Shown here in pieces: positions 26,694 to 35,630 of a stretch of 64,000 bases of DNA; the stretch's first letter is position 1, and every line of letters begins with the position of its first letter. This DNA is from Micromonosporaceae bacterium (lineage in GTDB: Bacteria; Actinomycetota; Actinomycetes; Mycobacteriales; Micromonosporaceae): assembly GCA_036378155.1 (NCBI GenBank), contig DASUXA010000040.1, positions 25,800 through 89,799 on the forward strand. Reading direction: 5' to 3'. The notes beneath the pieces were generated by a model that was given only the letters and a program-made list of their open reading frames with translations, made no database searches and was not told where the DNA came from. A program made the translations under genes and the position numbers.

Positions 26694-27715
26694 AGGCTGT
26701 CCGGCTGCACGAGTACGAGCGGCAGCCGTCCGTCGACGAGATCGACGAGCCGCGCGTCGCCGGTCCGCTCGACGTCGTCGTGCGGATCGGCGGCGCCGGG
26801 CTGTGCCGTACCGACCTGCACATCGTGGAGGGTCAGTGGCGGCGCAAGGTCGACGTGGCGCTGCCGTACGTGCTCGGTCACGAGAACGCCGGCTGGGTAC
26901 ACGATGTCGGGTCGGCTGTCGAACACGTGGCGGTCGGTGACACGGTGATCGTCCATCCCCTGGTCACGTGCGGGTACTGCCGGGCGTGCCGGGCCGGGGA
27001 CGACATGCACTGCGTGGACCAGACGTTCCCGGGCATCGACGCGGACGGCGGGTTCGCCGAGTACCTGAAGACGGGCGCGCGGTCGGTGGTACCCCTCGAC
27101 CCCGCGGTACACCCGGAGGACGTCGCGGCGCTCGCCGACGCCGGACTGACCGCGTACCACGCGGTCAAGAAAGCGGTCGGGCTGCTGTACCCGGGAAGCC
27201 ACGTCGCGGTGCTGGGCGCGGGCGGGCTCGGGCACATCGGCATCCAGGTGCTCAAGGCGCTGACCCCGGCAACCGTGACCGTGGTCGACCCGACGCCGGA
27301 CGCGCTCGACCTGGCTCGCGGGTACGGCGCGGACCACACCGTGCCGGCGGACGGTCGGCAGCGCGACGCGGTTCTGGACGTCACCGGCGGGCACGGCTGC
27401 GAGGTGGTGATCGACTTCGTCGGCGAGGGCGGGGCGATCGAGGACGGCATCGCGATGCTGCGCCGCGCCGGCAGCTACTTCCTGGTCGGGTACGGCGGGA
27501 CGGTGTCGGTACCGGCGATCGACGTCATCTCCAGCGAGATCAACGTGGTCGGCAACCTGGTCGGCACGTACAACGACCTGGTCGAACTGATGACCCTCGC
27601 GGCGCAGGGCAAGGTTTCGCTGCACACCCGGACGTACCCGCTGGCCGCGGTCGCCGACGCGATGGACGACCTGAGCCGTGGGCGGCTGCCCGGTCGCGGC
27701 ATCCTCGTGCCCTGA
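26690..27715 (+). CDS. zinc-dependent alcohol dehydrogenase
   Basis: ATG 26690 overlaps the upstream stop (ATGA). Motifs GLCRTDLH, GHENAG, CGYCRACRAG, and a Rossmann GAGGLGH. Confidence 0.9.
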   Translation: MKAVRLHEYERQPSVDEIDEPRVAGPLDVVVRIGGAGLCRTDLHIVEGQWRRKVDVALPYVLGHENAGWVHDVGSAVEHVAVGDTVIVHPLVTCGYCRACRAGDDMHCVDQTFPGIDADGGFAEYLKTGARSVVPLDPAVHPEDVAALADAGLTAYHAVKKAVGLLYPGSHVAVLGAGGLGHIGIQVLKALTPATVTVVDPTPDALDLARGYGADHTVPADGRQRDAVLDVTGGHGCEVVIDFVGEGGAIEDGIAMLRRAGSYFLVGYGGTVSVPAIDVISSEINVVGNLVGTYNDLVELMTLAAQGKVSLHTRTYPLAAVADAMDDLSRGRLPGRGILVP

Positions 27716-27768
27716 GCTTTCCGGTCGCCGCGGCGGGTATCGGCGCGGCGGTCGCCGGGGCACGGCGG

Positions 27769-28761
27769 TCAGCGCAGCGGCACCGCCACACTGCCGTCGC
27801 CGTTCGCGACCACCGTGGTGCCCAGGTCGGCGCACGCGTCGGTGAACCGGTGGACGATCCACCGTGCCTCGTCGGCGTCGGCGAGCCGGGTACGGCAGTA
27901 GTCCAGCGCCAGCGGTACCGCCCGCGCCTGGACCGGACCGCGGTCGTCGACGGTGACCAGGAACAGCAGTCCGAGGTCGTTGCGCAGCCCCGGGTCGACG
28001 GCGTAGTCGTCGACGAAGTCGCCCAGGTCGTACAGCACCGGGGCGGCACCGCGCTGCGCGCCACGACCGGCGACGCCGTGGAACACGTGCGCCGAATGCC
28101 CGGCGACCAGGGTCGCCCCGGCGTCGAGGAACGTCTGCGCGGCGCGTCGCACGTACGGGCGGGGCTCGTCGACCATGTTCGGTCCCCAGTGCGGGGTGAC
28201 CAGCGCCAGGTCGACCTCGCGCGCCATCGCGGCGATCCGGTCGCACAGCCACTGCGGCACCCCGGCGCTCAGGTCCGCGTACGCGACGCCGGGGCTACCC
28301 GGACCGGCGGCGAAGTCCGCCGGGTGGTCCGTCACGCCGAGCACGCCGAGCCGTATCCCGGCGACGTCGACACCCTGCCAGGCGCGCGCCTCGGCGACGT
28401 GCGCCCCGGCACCCACCGCGGCCACCCCGGCGTCGGCGAGGTGGCGGCGGGTGTCCAGCAGCGCGACCGCGCCGTAGTCGAGGGCATGGTTGTTGGCGAG
28501 GGTGACGCAGTCGGTACCGAGCCACGCCAGCAGCCGCGCGGCGCGGGGCGGGGCGCGGAAGAAGAACGGCTTTCCGGGCGCCGGCCACCGGCTGCCCCGG
28601 TCGGACACGCAGCACTCGAGGTTGACCACGAATGCGTCCGCCGCGCTGGTCAGGTCGCGTACCTGCGGTGCCACCACGGACTCGAACGGCTCGCCGGCGA
28701 CCCGCTCGGCGACCATCCGGCCCAGCATGGTGTCCCCGGCGAGGGCGAGCGTGACCGCCAC
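27769..28761 (-). CDS. CapA-family (PGA_cap) metallophosphatase-like protein
   Basis: 330-aa ORF with LAGDTMLGR, VNLECCVS, LANNHALDYG and TPHWGPN. Confidence 0.85.
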   Translation of the reverse strand: MAVTLALAGDTMLGRMVAERVAGEPFESVVAPQVRDLTSAADAFVVNLECCVSDRGSRWPAPGKPFFFRAPPRAARLLAWLGTDCVTLANNHALDYGAVALLDTRRHLADAGVAAVGAGAHVAEARAWQGVDVAGIRLGVLGVTDHPADFAAGPGSPGVAYADLSAGVPQWLCDRIAAMAREVDLALVTPHWGPNMVDEPRPYVRRAAQTFLDAGATLVAGHSAHVFHGVAGRGAQRGAAPVLYDLGDFVDDYAVDPGLRNDLGLLFLVTVDDRGPVQARAVPLALDYCRTRLADADEARWIVHRFTDACADLGTTVVANGDGSVAVPLR

Positions 28762-28770
28762 GGTGTGCCC

Positions 28771-29568
28771 CTACCCCACCGGCGTGATCAGCCCGTAGTG
28801 CCCGTCGTACCGGTGGTACAGCACGCGACCGCGACCGCTGTCGCGATCAGCGAAGAACACGAACGGCCACCCGGTGATCTCCAGTCGGGCGACCGCCTGC
28901 GGCACGGTCGCCGTCGGCGCCGCCTGCCCGCTGACGGTCATCGGTACCTCGTCCGTGGTCGGCGCGGTCGGTACCGGGGTGAGTCTCGCCAGCCGGTACC
29001 CGGTGCCGCCGTCCCGGTAGAGCACGCTGTCCTGCCCCGTGTCCACCTCGGTGAACAGGTAGAAGTCGTAGTCCATCGCGTCCATCTCCCACGCCGCGTC
29101 GGCTGCGGTGAGCCGGCTCGGCGCCAACGACTTGTGCGCGACGATCTCGCGTTCCTCCTCGGGGCGCGGATAGTACGGCGGGCGCTGGGTGCGAGGCGCG
29201 CCGTGCCGCCAGGTGGGCGACCCCGCTTCCGGCCACCGGCCCCGCCGGGCCTGCCAGTGCTGGGCGAACCGGGCGAGGCGCTGGCGCACGGTCTCCTGCA
29301 GCAGGTCGACCGCGGCGTACCCGGTGGCCGCCGCTACCTGCGCGCGCAGCAGCCTGCCGTTGACATCCAGGTTGACCTGGGCGCGTACCGGGAGGGCCAC
29401 TGCCGGGTCGGGCTGCTGGGTGAGCCTGACCCGGGCGTACAGGATCGGCTGGTCGGTCCAATCGGCGACGGCGGCGATCTTTCTGCGCGCGTACCCGACG
29501 ATGCCGTTCGGCAGATCGCCACGCACGCTCACCGCCACGTCGAGAACGGCGGCGGACACCTCGCTCAT
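28771..29568 (-). CDS. hpf: HPF/RaiA-family protein with duplicated C-terminal domain (Rv0079-like)
   Basis: ATG 29568 is preceded by AGGAG. The C-terminal blocks MDAMDYDFYLFTEVDTGQDSVLYR and PFVFFADRDSGRGRVLYHRYDGHYGLITP are characteristic. Confidence 0.85.
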   Translation of the reverse strand: MSEVSAAVLDVAVSVRGDLPNGIVGYARRKIAAVADWTDQPILYARVRLTQQPDPAVALPVRAQVNLDVNGRLLRAQVAAATGYAAVDLLQETVRQRLARFAQHWQARRGRWPEAGSPTWRHGAPRTQRPPYYPRPEEEREIVAHKSLAPSRLTAADAAWEMDAMDYDFYLFTEVDTGQDSVLYRDGGTGYRLARLTPVPTAPTTDEVPMTVSGQAAPTATVPQAVARLEITGWPFVFFADRDSGRGRVLYHRYDGHYGLITPVG

Positions 29569-29579
29569 CCCGCGTCTCC

Positions 29580-30161
29580 TCACTGTGCGATCCGAGCCTC
29601 GGCGACGCCCGGCACGCTGCGGGCGAGGATGACGACGACATGCCGTTCCGCCTCGTCGTCGAACCGCCCCCCGATCGTCACCACCGCCTGGTCGACCGTC
29701 GCCGTCCACCGCCGCCGACCCCCGGCGTACTCGTCGAGCCGGTGCTGCACCTCCTGGGCGAGCACGTCGTCGTCGCGGACCACGCTGTGCACGATGTCGC
29801 GTCGGCTGACGATGCCGACCAGTTCGTCGTCGTCGACGATCGGCACGCTGTGCACGTCCAGGTCCAGCAGCGTCTCGGCGACGTCGCCGATGTCGGCGTC
29901 CGACGGCAGGGTCACCACGTCCTTGGTCATCACGTCGCGGACCGCTCGGGCGGTGGTGCGGACCGGACCCGCCGGGCTGACGGTCGTCGAGCGCTGCCAC
30001 AGCACGTCCGCCTCGCTGACGATGCCGACCAGATCGCCCCGGTCGTCGACCACCGGCGCCGCGGTGATACCCCGCTCGACCAGCACCGCCGCCGCCCGCT
30101 CCACGGGATCGTCGGCACGCACCGTGTACACCGGTCTGGTCATGATGTCCCGAGCCCGCAT
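29580..30161 (-). CDS. CBS-pair protein with C-terminal BON-like domain
   Basis: ATG 30161 is preceded by GGGAGG. There are two CBS repeats (IMTRPVYTV, VMTKDVVTL). The tail is VVTIGGRFDDEAERHVVVILARSVPGVAEARI. Confidence 0.85.
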   Translation of the reverse strand: MRARDIMTRPVYTVRADDPVERAAAVLVERGITAAPVVDDRGDLVGIVSEADVLWQRSTTVSPAGPVRTTARAVRDVMTKDVVTLPSDADIGDVAETLLDLDVHSVPIVDDDELVGIVSRRDIVHSVVRDDDVLAQEVQHRLDEYAGGRRRWTATVDQAVVTIGGRFDDEAERHVVVILARSVPGVAEARIAQ

Positions 30162-30221
30162 CGCGACCTCCCGAAGACGCTGTCCACCCCCGATCCTTTC
30201 CGGCGCCCGGAAGGTCACGTA

Positions 30222-30235
30222 GGGCCGAACGTCCC
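30222..30235. promoter_or_regulatory. DosR/DevR-like box GGGCCGAACGTCCC
   Basis: It has 5+4+5 spacing and matches 9 of 10 half-site positions of GGGAC-N4-GTCCC. It lies 61-74 nt upstream of the CBS gene start. Confidence 0.3.
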
Positions 30236-30262
30236 GCCGGAGGTGCCTAACCCGCACGCGGG

Positions 30263-30745
30263 TCAGCCGCCGAGCGCGGTGAAACCGCCGACCAGCGTGC
30301 CGTAGGCGACGTGCGCGGCGATGCTCACCAGCGGGGTACCCGACCCGTAGTTGAGCATCATGAAACCGGGCGGTTCGAGCAGCGCCGCCGAGACCGCCGC
30401 GGTGTCGGTACCGCCCATCCTCGGATGCACCACGGGCAGCAGCACACTGACCAGGGCCGTACCGGCGAACACGGCGTGCACCAGCCCGAACACCGCGCCC
30501 AGCGCCCAGCCGTCGCGCCCGATCGCCACGAACACCGCGTAGTACACCAGGGCGAACAGCAGCCCGAACGCGAAGTGCAGGGCGTAGCCGACCGCTTTCG
30601 CCCGAGCCCGGTCGGCGGTGACCGCGGTACCGAGCAGGAACGGCAGGTCCATCCGGGTCAGCCGCAGCTCGCTGCCGGCGCGCAGGGTGGTGGTCAGCAC
30701 GACGGTACCGACGAAGCCGCCGGCCAGGGCGCCCGCCACGCTCAT
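30263..30745 (-). CDS. small integral membrane protein (4 TM), function unknown
   Basis: ATG 30745 overlaps the GH15 stop (ATGA). 160 aa, hydrophobic. Confidence 0.65.
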   Translation of the reverse strand: MSVAGALAGGFVGTVVLTTTLRAGSELRLTRMDLPFLLGTAVTADRARAKAVGYALHFAFGLLFALVYYAVFVAIGRDGWALGAVFGLVHAVFAGTALVSVLLPVVHPRMGGTDTAAVSAALLEPPGFMMLNYGSGTPLVSIAAHVAYGTLVGGFTALGG

Positions 30746-32646
30746 CGCGACCGCCCCGGCGCGGCACGTCCCACCGTGGGGCTGACGACCGGCTCCGGGT
30801 GGGCGTCGATCGTGGTCGCCGCGCTGATCAGCGCGAGATGGCTGAGCGCCTGGGGCAGGTTGCCCAGCTGCTCGCCGGTGCCCGGGTCGACCTCCTCGGC
30901 GTACAGCCCGACGTCGTTGCCCAGCGCGAGCGCCTGGTCGAACAGGCGCGCCGCCTCGGACCGCCGACCGGTCAACGCGAGCGCCTCGACCAGCCAGAAC
31001 GTACAGGCGACGAACGCTCCCTCGGTGCCTTCGAGCCCGTCGTCCCCGCTGTACCGCCGCACGTACGCGGCGGAGGCGAGGTCGGCGCGGATCGCGTCGA
31101 CGGTGCCCGCCCAGCGGGGCGAGCGCGCGTCGCCGTACCCGTGCAGCAGCGCCAGCAGCACCGCGGCGTCCAGGTCGGTCGAGCCGGCGCTGCGCAGGTA
31201 CGTGCCGCGTCGCGGGTCGAAGCAGCGGGTCTCCACGAACTCCCGCACCGCGTCCGCCTCGTCGCGCCACCAGCGCATGCGGCGGTCCGGGATCACCCCG
31301 CGACCCGCCAGCGCGACGGCGAGATCCAAAGTGATCGCGCACATCATCTTCGACTGGGTGAAGTGCCGGCGCTCGCCCCGTACCTCCCAGATGCCGTGGT
31401 CGGGCTGGTGCCACAGTTCGCAGACCAGGTCGGCGATCCCCGCCAGCCGGCGACCGACGTCGACGTCGATGTGCCCGCAGCCGTTGGCGTACAGCCACGC
31501 GGTGCGCATCAGTTCGCCGTAGGTGTCCAGTTGGGTCTGTCCCGCCGCGTCGTTGCCCGCCCGGACGGGGCGGGAGTCCCGGTACCCGGACAGCGGCAGG
31601 GTCCGTTCGACCGCGCGCGCCCCGCCGTCCAGCCGGTACAGCACGCGCAGCTTCGGATGGGTGAGCTGGGACGCCTGCATCAGCCACCAGAAGTACGCCC
31701 GCGCCTCGGGCGCGCAGCCCAGCCGCAGGAACGCGGACAGCGCCAGCGCCGAGTCGCGGATCCACGAGTACCGGTAGTCCCAGTTGCGCTCGCCGCCGAT
31801 CTGCTCCGGCAGCGACGTGGTACCGGCGGCGGCGAGCGCCCCGCTCGGCGCGTACACCAGCAGCCGCAGCGCCAGGGCGCTGCGGGTCACGGTGTCGGTG
31901 TACCGCCCGCGGTAGGTCAGCCGCGCCGCCCAGTCCCGCCACAGGTCGGCGGTGGCGGACAGCCGCGCCTCGACTTCGGCGCGCGCCGGCAGCACGAGCG
32001 GCTCGCCGTCGGCGGCGCTGAGCACGACCAGCCCCGCCGAGCCGGGTCGGGCGACCAGGTCGCCGGTGATCTCCCCGGCGCCGATCTCGGGTTGTCCCGC
32101 GTCGAAGCTGAGGACCGCGAGCGCGTCGCTGCCGGCGGTCGCGACCGGCACGCCGAGCCGGCGGGCGATCCGGGTACCGGCGAGTCCGTACCCGAACCTG
32201 GGACGTACCCGCCAGCGCATCGGCACCTCGCCGTCGACGCCCTCGATCCGGCGGACCAGTTCGCGGGCGGGCGCGAGCCCGGACCCCGGTACGGTCAGCG
32301 CGTCCACCACGCGAGCGGTACCGGACGCCGTGGCGAACGTGGTCTCCAGCAGGTTCGTGCCGGGCAGGTACCGCCGGGTGGCGGTGTGCGCGGCGACGGG
32401 CGCGAGGCTGAACTGCCCGGCGTCGGGGTCGAGCAGCGCGCCGAACACGCTGGGCGAATCGAGGTCGGGCAGCGCCAGCCAGTCGATCGACCCGTCCTCG
32501 GCGACCAGGGCGAGGGTGCGACCGTCGCCGATCGCCGCGTAGCTGGCCAGCGGCGCGTACCCCGCGGTGCGTGGACCGGTCACGGCTCCCCCTTTCCGGC
32601 TGTCCATCCCCCACGATGTGCCGGTGCGGGTCGCGATGCGGCCCAC
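30742..32646 (-). CDS. glycoside hydrolase family 15 (glucoamylase/trehalase-like)
   Basis: 634-aa ORF with GH15 blocks YAAIGDGRTLALV, NWDYRYSWIRDSA and FWLVEAL. The start may be internal. Confidence 0.9.
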   Translation of the reverse strand: MGRIATRTGTSWGMDSRKGGAVTGPRTAGYAPLASYAAIGDGRTLALVAEDGSIDWLALPDLDSPSVFGALLDPDAGQFSLAPVAAHTATRRYLPGTNLLETTFATASGTARVVDALTVPGSGLAPARELVRRIEGVDGEVPMRWRVRPRFGYGLAGTRIARRLGVPVATAGSDALAVLSFDAGQPEIGAGEITGDLVARPGSAGLVVLSAADGEPLVLPARAEVEARLSATADLWRDWAARLTYRGRYTDTVTRSALALRLLVYAPSGALAAAGTTSLPEQIGGERNWDYRYSWIRDSALALSAFLRLGCAPEARAYFWWLMQASQLTHPKLRVLYRLDGGARAVERTLPLSGYRDSRPVRAGNDAAGQTQLDTYGELMRTAWLYANGCGHIDVDVGRRLAGIADLVCELWHQPDHGIWEVRGERRHFTQSKMMCAITLDLAVALAGRGVIPDRRMRWWRDEADAVREFVETRCFDPRRGTYLRSAGSTDLDAAVLLALLHGYGDARSPRWAGTVDAIRADLASAAYVRRYSGDDGLEGTEGAFVACTFWLVEALALTGRRSEAARLFDQALALGNDVGLYAEEVDPGTGEQLGNLPQALSHLALISAATTIDAHPEPVVSPTVGRAAPGRSR

Positions 32647-32661
32647 ACCGGCACATCCGCG

Positions 32662-33123
32662 TCAGTCGTGGTCCGTCCGGCGCTGCCAGGCGGGGTCGTA
32701 CAGGGTGGCGAGCCGGGCCAGGGTGAGCGCGGCGAGCATCAGCCCGAAGTCGCGCAGCGCGATGTCGTAGAAGCCCGGGTAGCTGACCAGGTTGACGACG
32801 ATGCCGGCGAGCCACGCGGCGACCAGCAGCGCGCCGTAGCGCGGCTTGACCGCCACGGCGATGCCGGCGACGACTTCGATGACGCCGACGACCAGCATCG
32901 TCTGGTGGGTGGACAGCGGCGACAGCCGGGCGATCCACGGCGCCAGGTAGGCGTCCCAATGGACCAGCAGATCGGTGAACTTGTCCAGCCCGAACACGAT
33001 GGGCAGCACGGTGAAACCGACCCGGAGCAGGGTGAATGCCCCGTACGCGGGTTCGGTGCGGACACGGTGCACGGCGCCGGTGCCGGCGTGTGCGGCCGGG
33101 ACGGGCGGGTTGACGGTGGCCAC
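32662..33123 (-). CDS. DoxX-family membrane protein
   Basis: 153-aa ORF with 4 hydrophobic segments and a DoxX-like LLRVGFTVLPIVFGLDKF. Confidence 0.75.
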   Translation of the reverse strand: MATVNPPVPAAHAGTGAVHRVRTEPAYGAFTLLRVGFTVLPIVFGLDKFTDLLVHWDAYLAPWIARLSPLSTHQTMLVVGVIEVVAGIAVAVKPRYGALLVAAWLAGIVVNLVSYPGFYDIALRDFGLMLAALTLARLATLYDPAWQRRTDHD

Positions 33124-33136
33124 GGGTACCTCCGAT

Positions 33137-33166
33137 GTCTAAAAGACGTCCTCGTTGTTTTTAGAC
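33137..33166. promoter_or_regulatory. inverted repeat GTCTAAAA-N14-TTTTAGAC in the divergent DoxX / HTH-regulator spacer
   Basis: 8-bp perfect arms, AT-rich, in a 94-nt intergenic region. Confidence 0.4.
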
Positions 33167-33217
33167 TCGACCCGCCGACCCGATTTTGTCAATGCTCGTT
33201 GGTGATAGATTTCAGCG

Positions 33218-34009
33218 ATGACCGACGCCGCAACACCGGGCCTCGACCCGCCCGCCGGACCCGAACCCGAAGCCGGACCCGACCGGCTCGCGGAACCGTC
33301 CGGGCTCGACCGGCTCGCGAAACTGCCCGGGCTCGACAGGCTCGCGGATCTCGCCAGCCTCGACGACCCGGTCCGGCGCCGCCTGTACGAGTACGTCTGC
33401 GCCCACGACGACCCGGTGACCAGGGACGCCGCCGCCCGCGCGACGGGGGTGAGCCGGTCGCTCGCCGCGTACCACCTGGATCGGCTCGCCGACAGCGGCC
33501 TGCTGGCGACCACGTACGCGCGACCGCCTGGTCGCTCCGGTCCCGGCGCGGGTCGCCCCGCCAAGCGGTACCGGCGCGCCGACACCGAACTGCGAGTCAG
33601 CCTGCCGCCCCGGGACTACCGGCTGCTGGCCCGGGTCCTCGCCGACTCGGTCGCGCGGGACGCGACCGGTACGGTGCGCACCGCGTTGCACGACACCGCA
33701 CGCGAGGTGGGCCGGCAGATCGCGAGCGGGGCGGACGACGGCACCGCAGACGAGGTCGCCCGCCCGGCACGCGAGCGGCTCATGGCGGCGCTGCGCGACC
33801 GGGGGTACCAGCCGGCGATCGCCGACGACGGGGCGATCGTGCTGCGCAACTGCCCGTTCCACGCGCTCGCCCGGGAGTACACCGATCTGGTCTGCGGGAT
33901 GAACGTGTCGCTGCTGGACGGGCTGCTGTCGGCGGTACCGGACGCGCACGCGCGCGCCGTGCTCGACCCGCGCCCCGGGCACTGCTGCGTGACGATCCGA
34001 CCGGACTGA
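33218..34009 (+). CDS. ArsR-type winged-helix (HTH_20-like) transcriptional regulator
   Basis: RRRLYEYVCAHDDPVTRDAAARATGVSRSLAAYHLDRLADSGLL. The C-terminal CPFHALA...CGMN...CCV is a Cys/His-rich region. Confidence 0.8.
   Translation: MTDAATPGLDPPAGPEPEAGPDRLAEPSGLDRLAKLPGLDRLADLASLDDPVRRRLYEYVCAHDDPVTRDAAARATGVSRSLAAYHLDRLADSGLLATTYARPPGRSGPGAGRPAKRYRRADTELRVSLPPRDYRLLARVLADSVARDATGTVRTALHDTAREVGRQIASGADDGTADEVARPARERLMAALRDRGYQPAIADDGAIVLRNCPFHALAREYTDLVCGMNVSLLDGLLSAVPDAHARAVLDPRPGHCCVTIRPD
33281..33361 (+). repeat. 3 x 27-bp in-frame tandem repeat (DRLAEPSGL / DRLAKLPGL / DRLADLASL)
   Basis: Units at 33281-33307, 33308-33334 and 33335-33361, within the regulator N-terminus. Confidence 0.9.
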
Positions 34010-34036
34010 CGCAGCACGGACGCGGACGTGCCCGGC

Positions 34037-34870
34037 TCAGCCGCCGCTTGATCGGTCGCCGTCCGGTCGGTCGGTGTCGTCCGGTACGCCGGTCAACTGG
34101 CGGGCGAAGTTCGCCAGTTCGATCTCGAACAGCGCTTCGGCGTCGGTGAGCGCCCACCTCAGGTGCCCGAACACCTCCATCGCGACCAGCCCGTACAGCC
34201 TGATCCACGCGGTCAGGAAGACGACGACCACGCCCAGGGGAAGGTCGTCGCCGCGCCGCGCCACGTACGGGCCGAGCTGCGGTCGCAGTCGCTGCTCGAG
34301 CAGGTCCGGCGACGGCACGGCGACCGGGTGCCGACGCCACAGTTCGGCGAACTCGTCGAGGAACGCCGACCCGAACCGGAACGTCGACTCGTGCGGCTGC
34401 TCGCGGTCCGCCCACATCCGGGTGACACCGGGCAGCCGGGGACCGAGCATCAGCCCGAATTCGGCGGGGTGGTCCAGCGCCCATCGGCGGAACGCCCGCG
34501 CCATCCGGGCGACGCGCGACGTCGGCTCGTCGGCGGTCGGCTCGTCGCCGCTCACCTCGTCGCGGGCGGCGTGCAGGGCGGCGGTCAACTCCTCGAACAG
34601 GTCGCCGCACAGCGCGTCGACCAGCCCGTCGAGGCTCGGGTAGTACCGGTACAGCGCACCGGCGGTCATGCCCATCTCCCGCGCGATGGCGCGCAGCGAT
34701 ATCGCGCCCGGTCCGCCAGCCACGAGTAGCCGTCGGGCGACCTGCTTGATCTCGGCAATCGTCGCGGTACGCAGCCGCTCGCGCCGTCCGGGAGTATCTG
34801 GGCCCGCCAACTGATCGACCTCCTCGCCATGAGTGCACGCCCGTTGACAAAGTGAACGGTGTTTACTCAA
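34037..34870 (-). CDS. TetR family transcriptional regulator
   Basis: HTH block IAEIKQVARRLLVAGGPGAISLRAIAREMGMTAGALYRYYPS. Confidence 0.85.
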   Translation of the reverse strand: MSKHRSLCQRACTHGEEVDQLAGPDTPGRRERLRTATIAEIKQVARRLLVAGGPGAISLRAIAREMGMTAGALYRYYPSLDGLVDALCGDLFEELTAALHAARDEVSGDEPTADEPTSRVARMARAFRRWALDHPAEFGLMLGPRLPGVTRMWADREQPHESTFRFGSAFLDEFAELWRRHPVAVPSPDLLEQRLRPQLGPYVARRGDDLPLGVVVVFLTAWIRLYGLVAMEVFGHLRWALTDAEALFEIELANFARQLTGVPDDTDRPDGDRSSGG

Positions 34871-35000
34871 TATGAGCGTACCCGTCGGGCGACATGGATT
34901 CTTCCCGTCGCCGCCGCGCCGGCTCCGCCTGCCCCGCCGGCGGCGCGCGCGAAGTCACCTGCCCGCCCCGACACCTCCGGACACGACGAAGGACGTTCAG

Positions 35001-35474
35001 ATGCCGATACCCGCACCGTGGCGCAAGCTGCTGCTCGCCGTCCACATCACCCTCGCCGTCGCGTTGGTCGGCACCGACCTGGCGCTGCTCGTGCTCGGCA
35101 TCGCCGGGCTGCACGCAGCCGACCCACGCTCGGTGTACCCGGCCGCCCGGCTGGTCGGCGCCTGGGTGCTCGCGCCGCTCGCGGTCCTCGCCCTGATCAC
35201 CGGCGTGGTCCAGGCGGTGACCAGCCGGTGGGGACTGCTGCGGTACTGGTGGGTCGGCATCAAGTTCGCCATCGCCGCGGTGCTGACCGCCCTGGTGCTG
35301 TTCGTGCTGCTGCCGGCGCTCGGCGCGGCAGCCGGCGGTACCGCGGAAGTCCCCGACACCCGCCGGACCGCGCTCGCCGTCGCTCCGGCAGCCGCCGCCA
35401 CGCTGCTCGTGGTCAGCGCCTTTCTCGCGGTGTACAAGCCGCGGTGGCGGATCCGCCCGCAGGCGGGCCGGTGA
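35001..35474 (+). CDS. integral membrane protein, function unknown
   Basis: Started at ATG 35001 (MPIPAPWRKLLLAVHITLAV). It has 4 TM segments. The upstream 43 codons of the track ORF are Arg/Pro-rich. Confidence 0.65.
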   Translation: MPIPAPWRKLLLAVHITLAVALVGTDLALLVLGIAGLHAADPRSVYPAARLVGAWVLAPLAVLALITGVVQAVTSRWGLLRYWWVGIKFAIAAVLTALVLFVLLPALGAAAGGTAEVPDTRRTALAVAPAAAATLLVVSAFLAVYKPRWRIRPQAGR

Positions 35475-35566
35475 CCAGCGGACAACCCGGTCCGACAATT
35501 AACCCGTACACCGGTGTTCAGATTCGCCGGATCGCGCTCTAGGCTATCCCTAACGCAACTGTAAGA

Positions 35567-35610
35567 GTTCCGGTTTCCCGGGGCGGCACGGGGCGCCCCG
35601 GGACCGGAAC
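35567..35610 (+). terminator. GC-rich stem-loop between the membrane-protein gene and the MFS gene
   Basis: GTTCCGG..CCCGGGGCG-loop-CGCCCCGGG.CCGGAAC. There is no T-tract, and it lies 20 nt upstream of the MFS ATG, so it could be a leader structure instead. Confidence 0.35.
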
Positions 35611-35630
35611 TCAGAGAGGCAGGGAACGCC

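Noticed and set aside
34841-34859. Imperfect inverted repeat CCGTTGAC-AAA-GTGAACGG as a TetR operator.
   Set aside because: It has only 7/8 matching arms and lies inside the first codons of the only available tetR ORF (ATG 34870). That is not enough to call without binding data.
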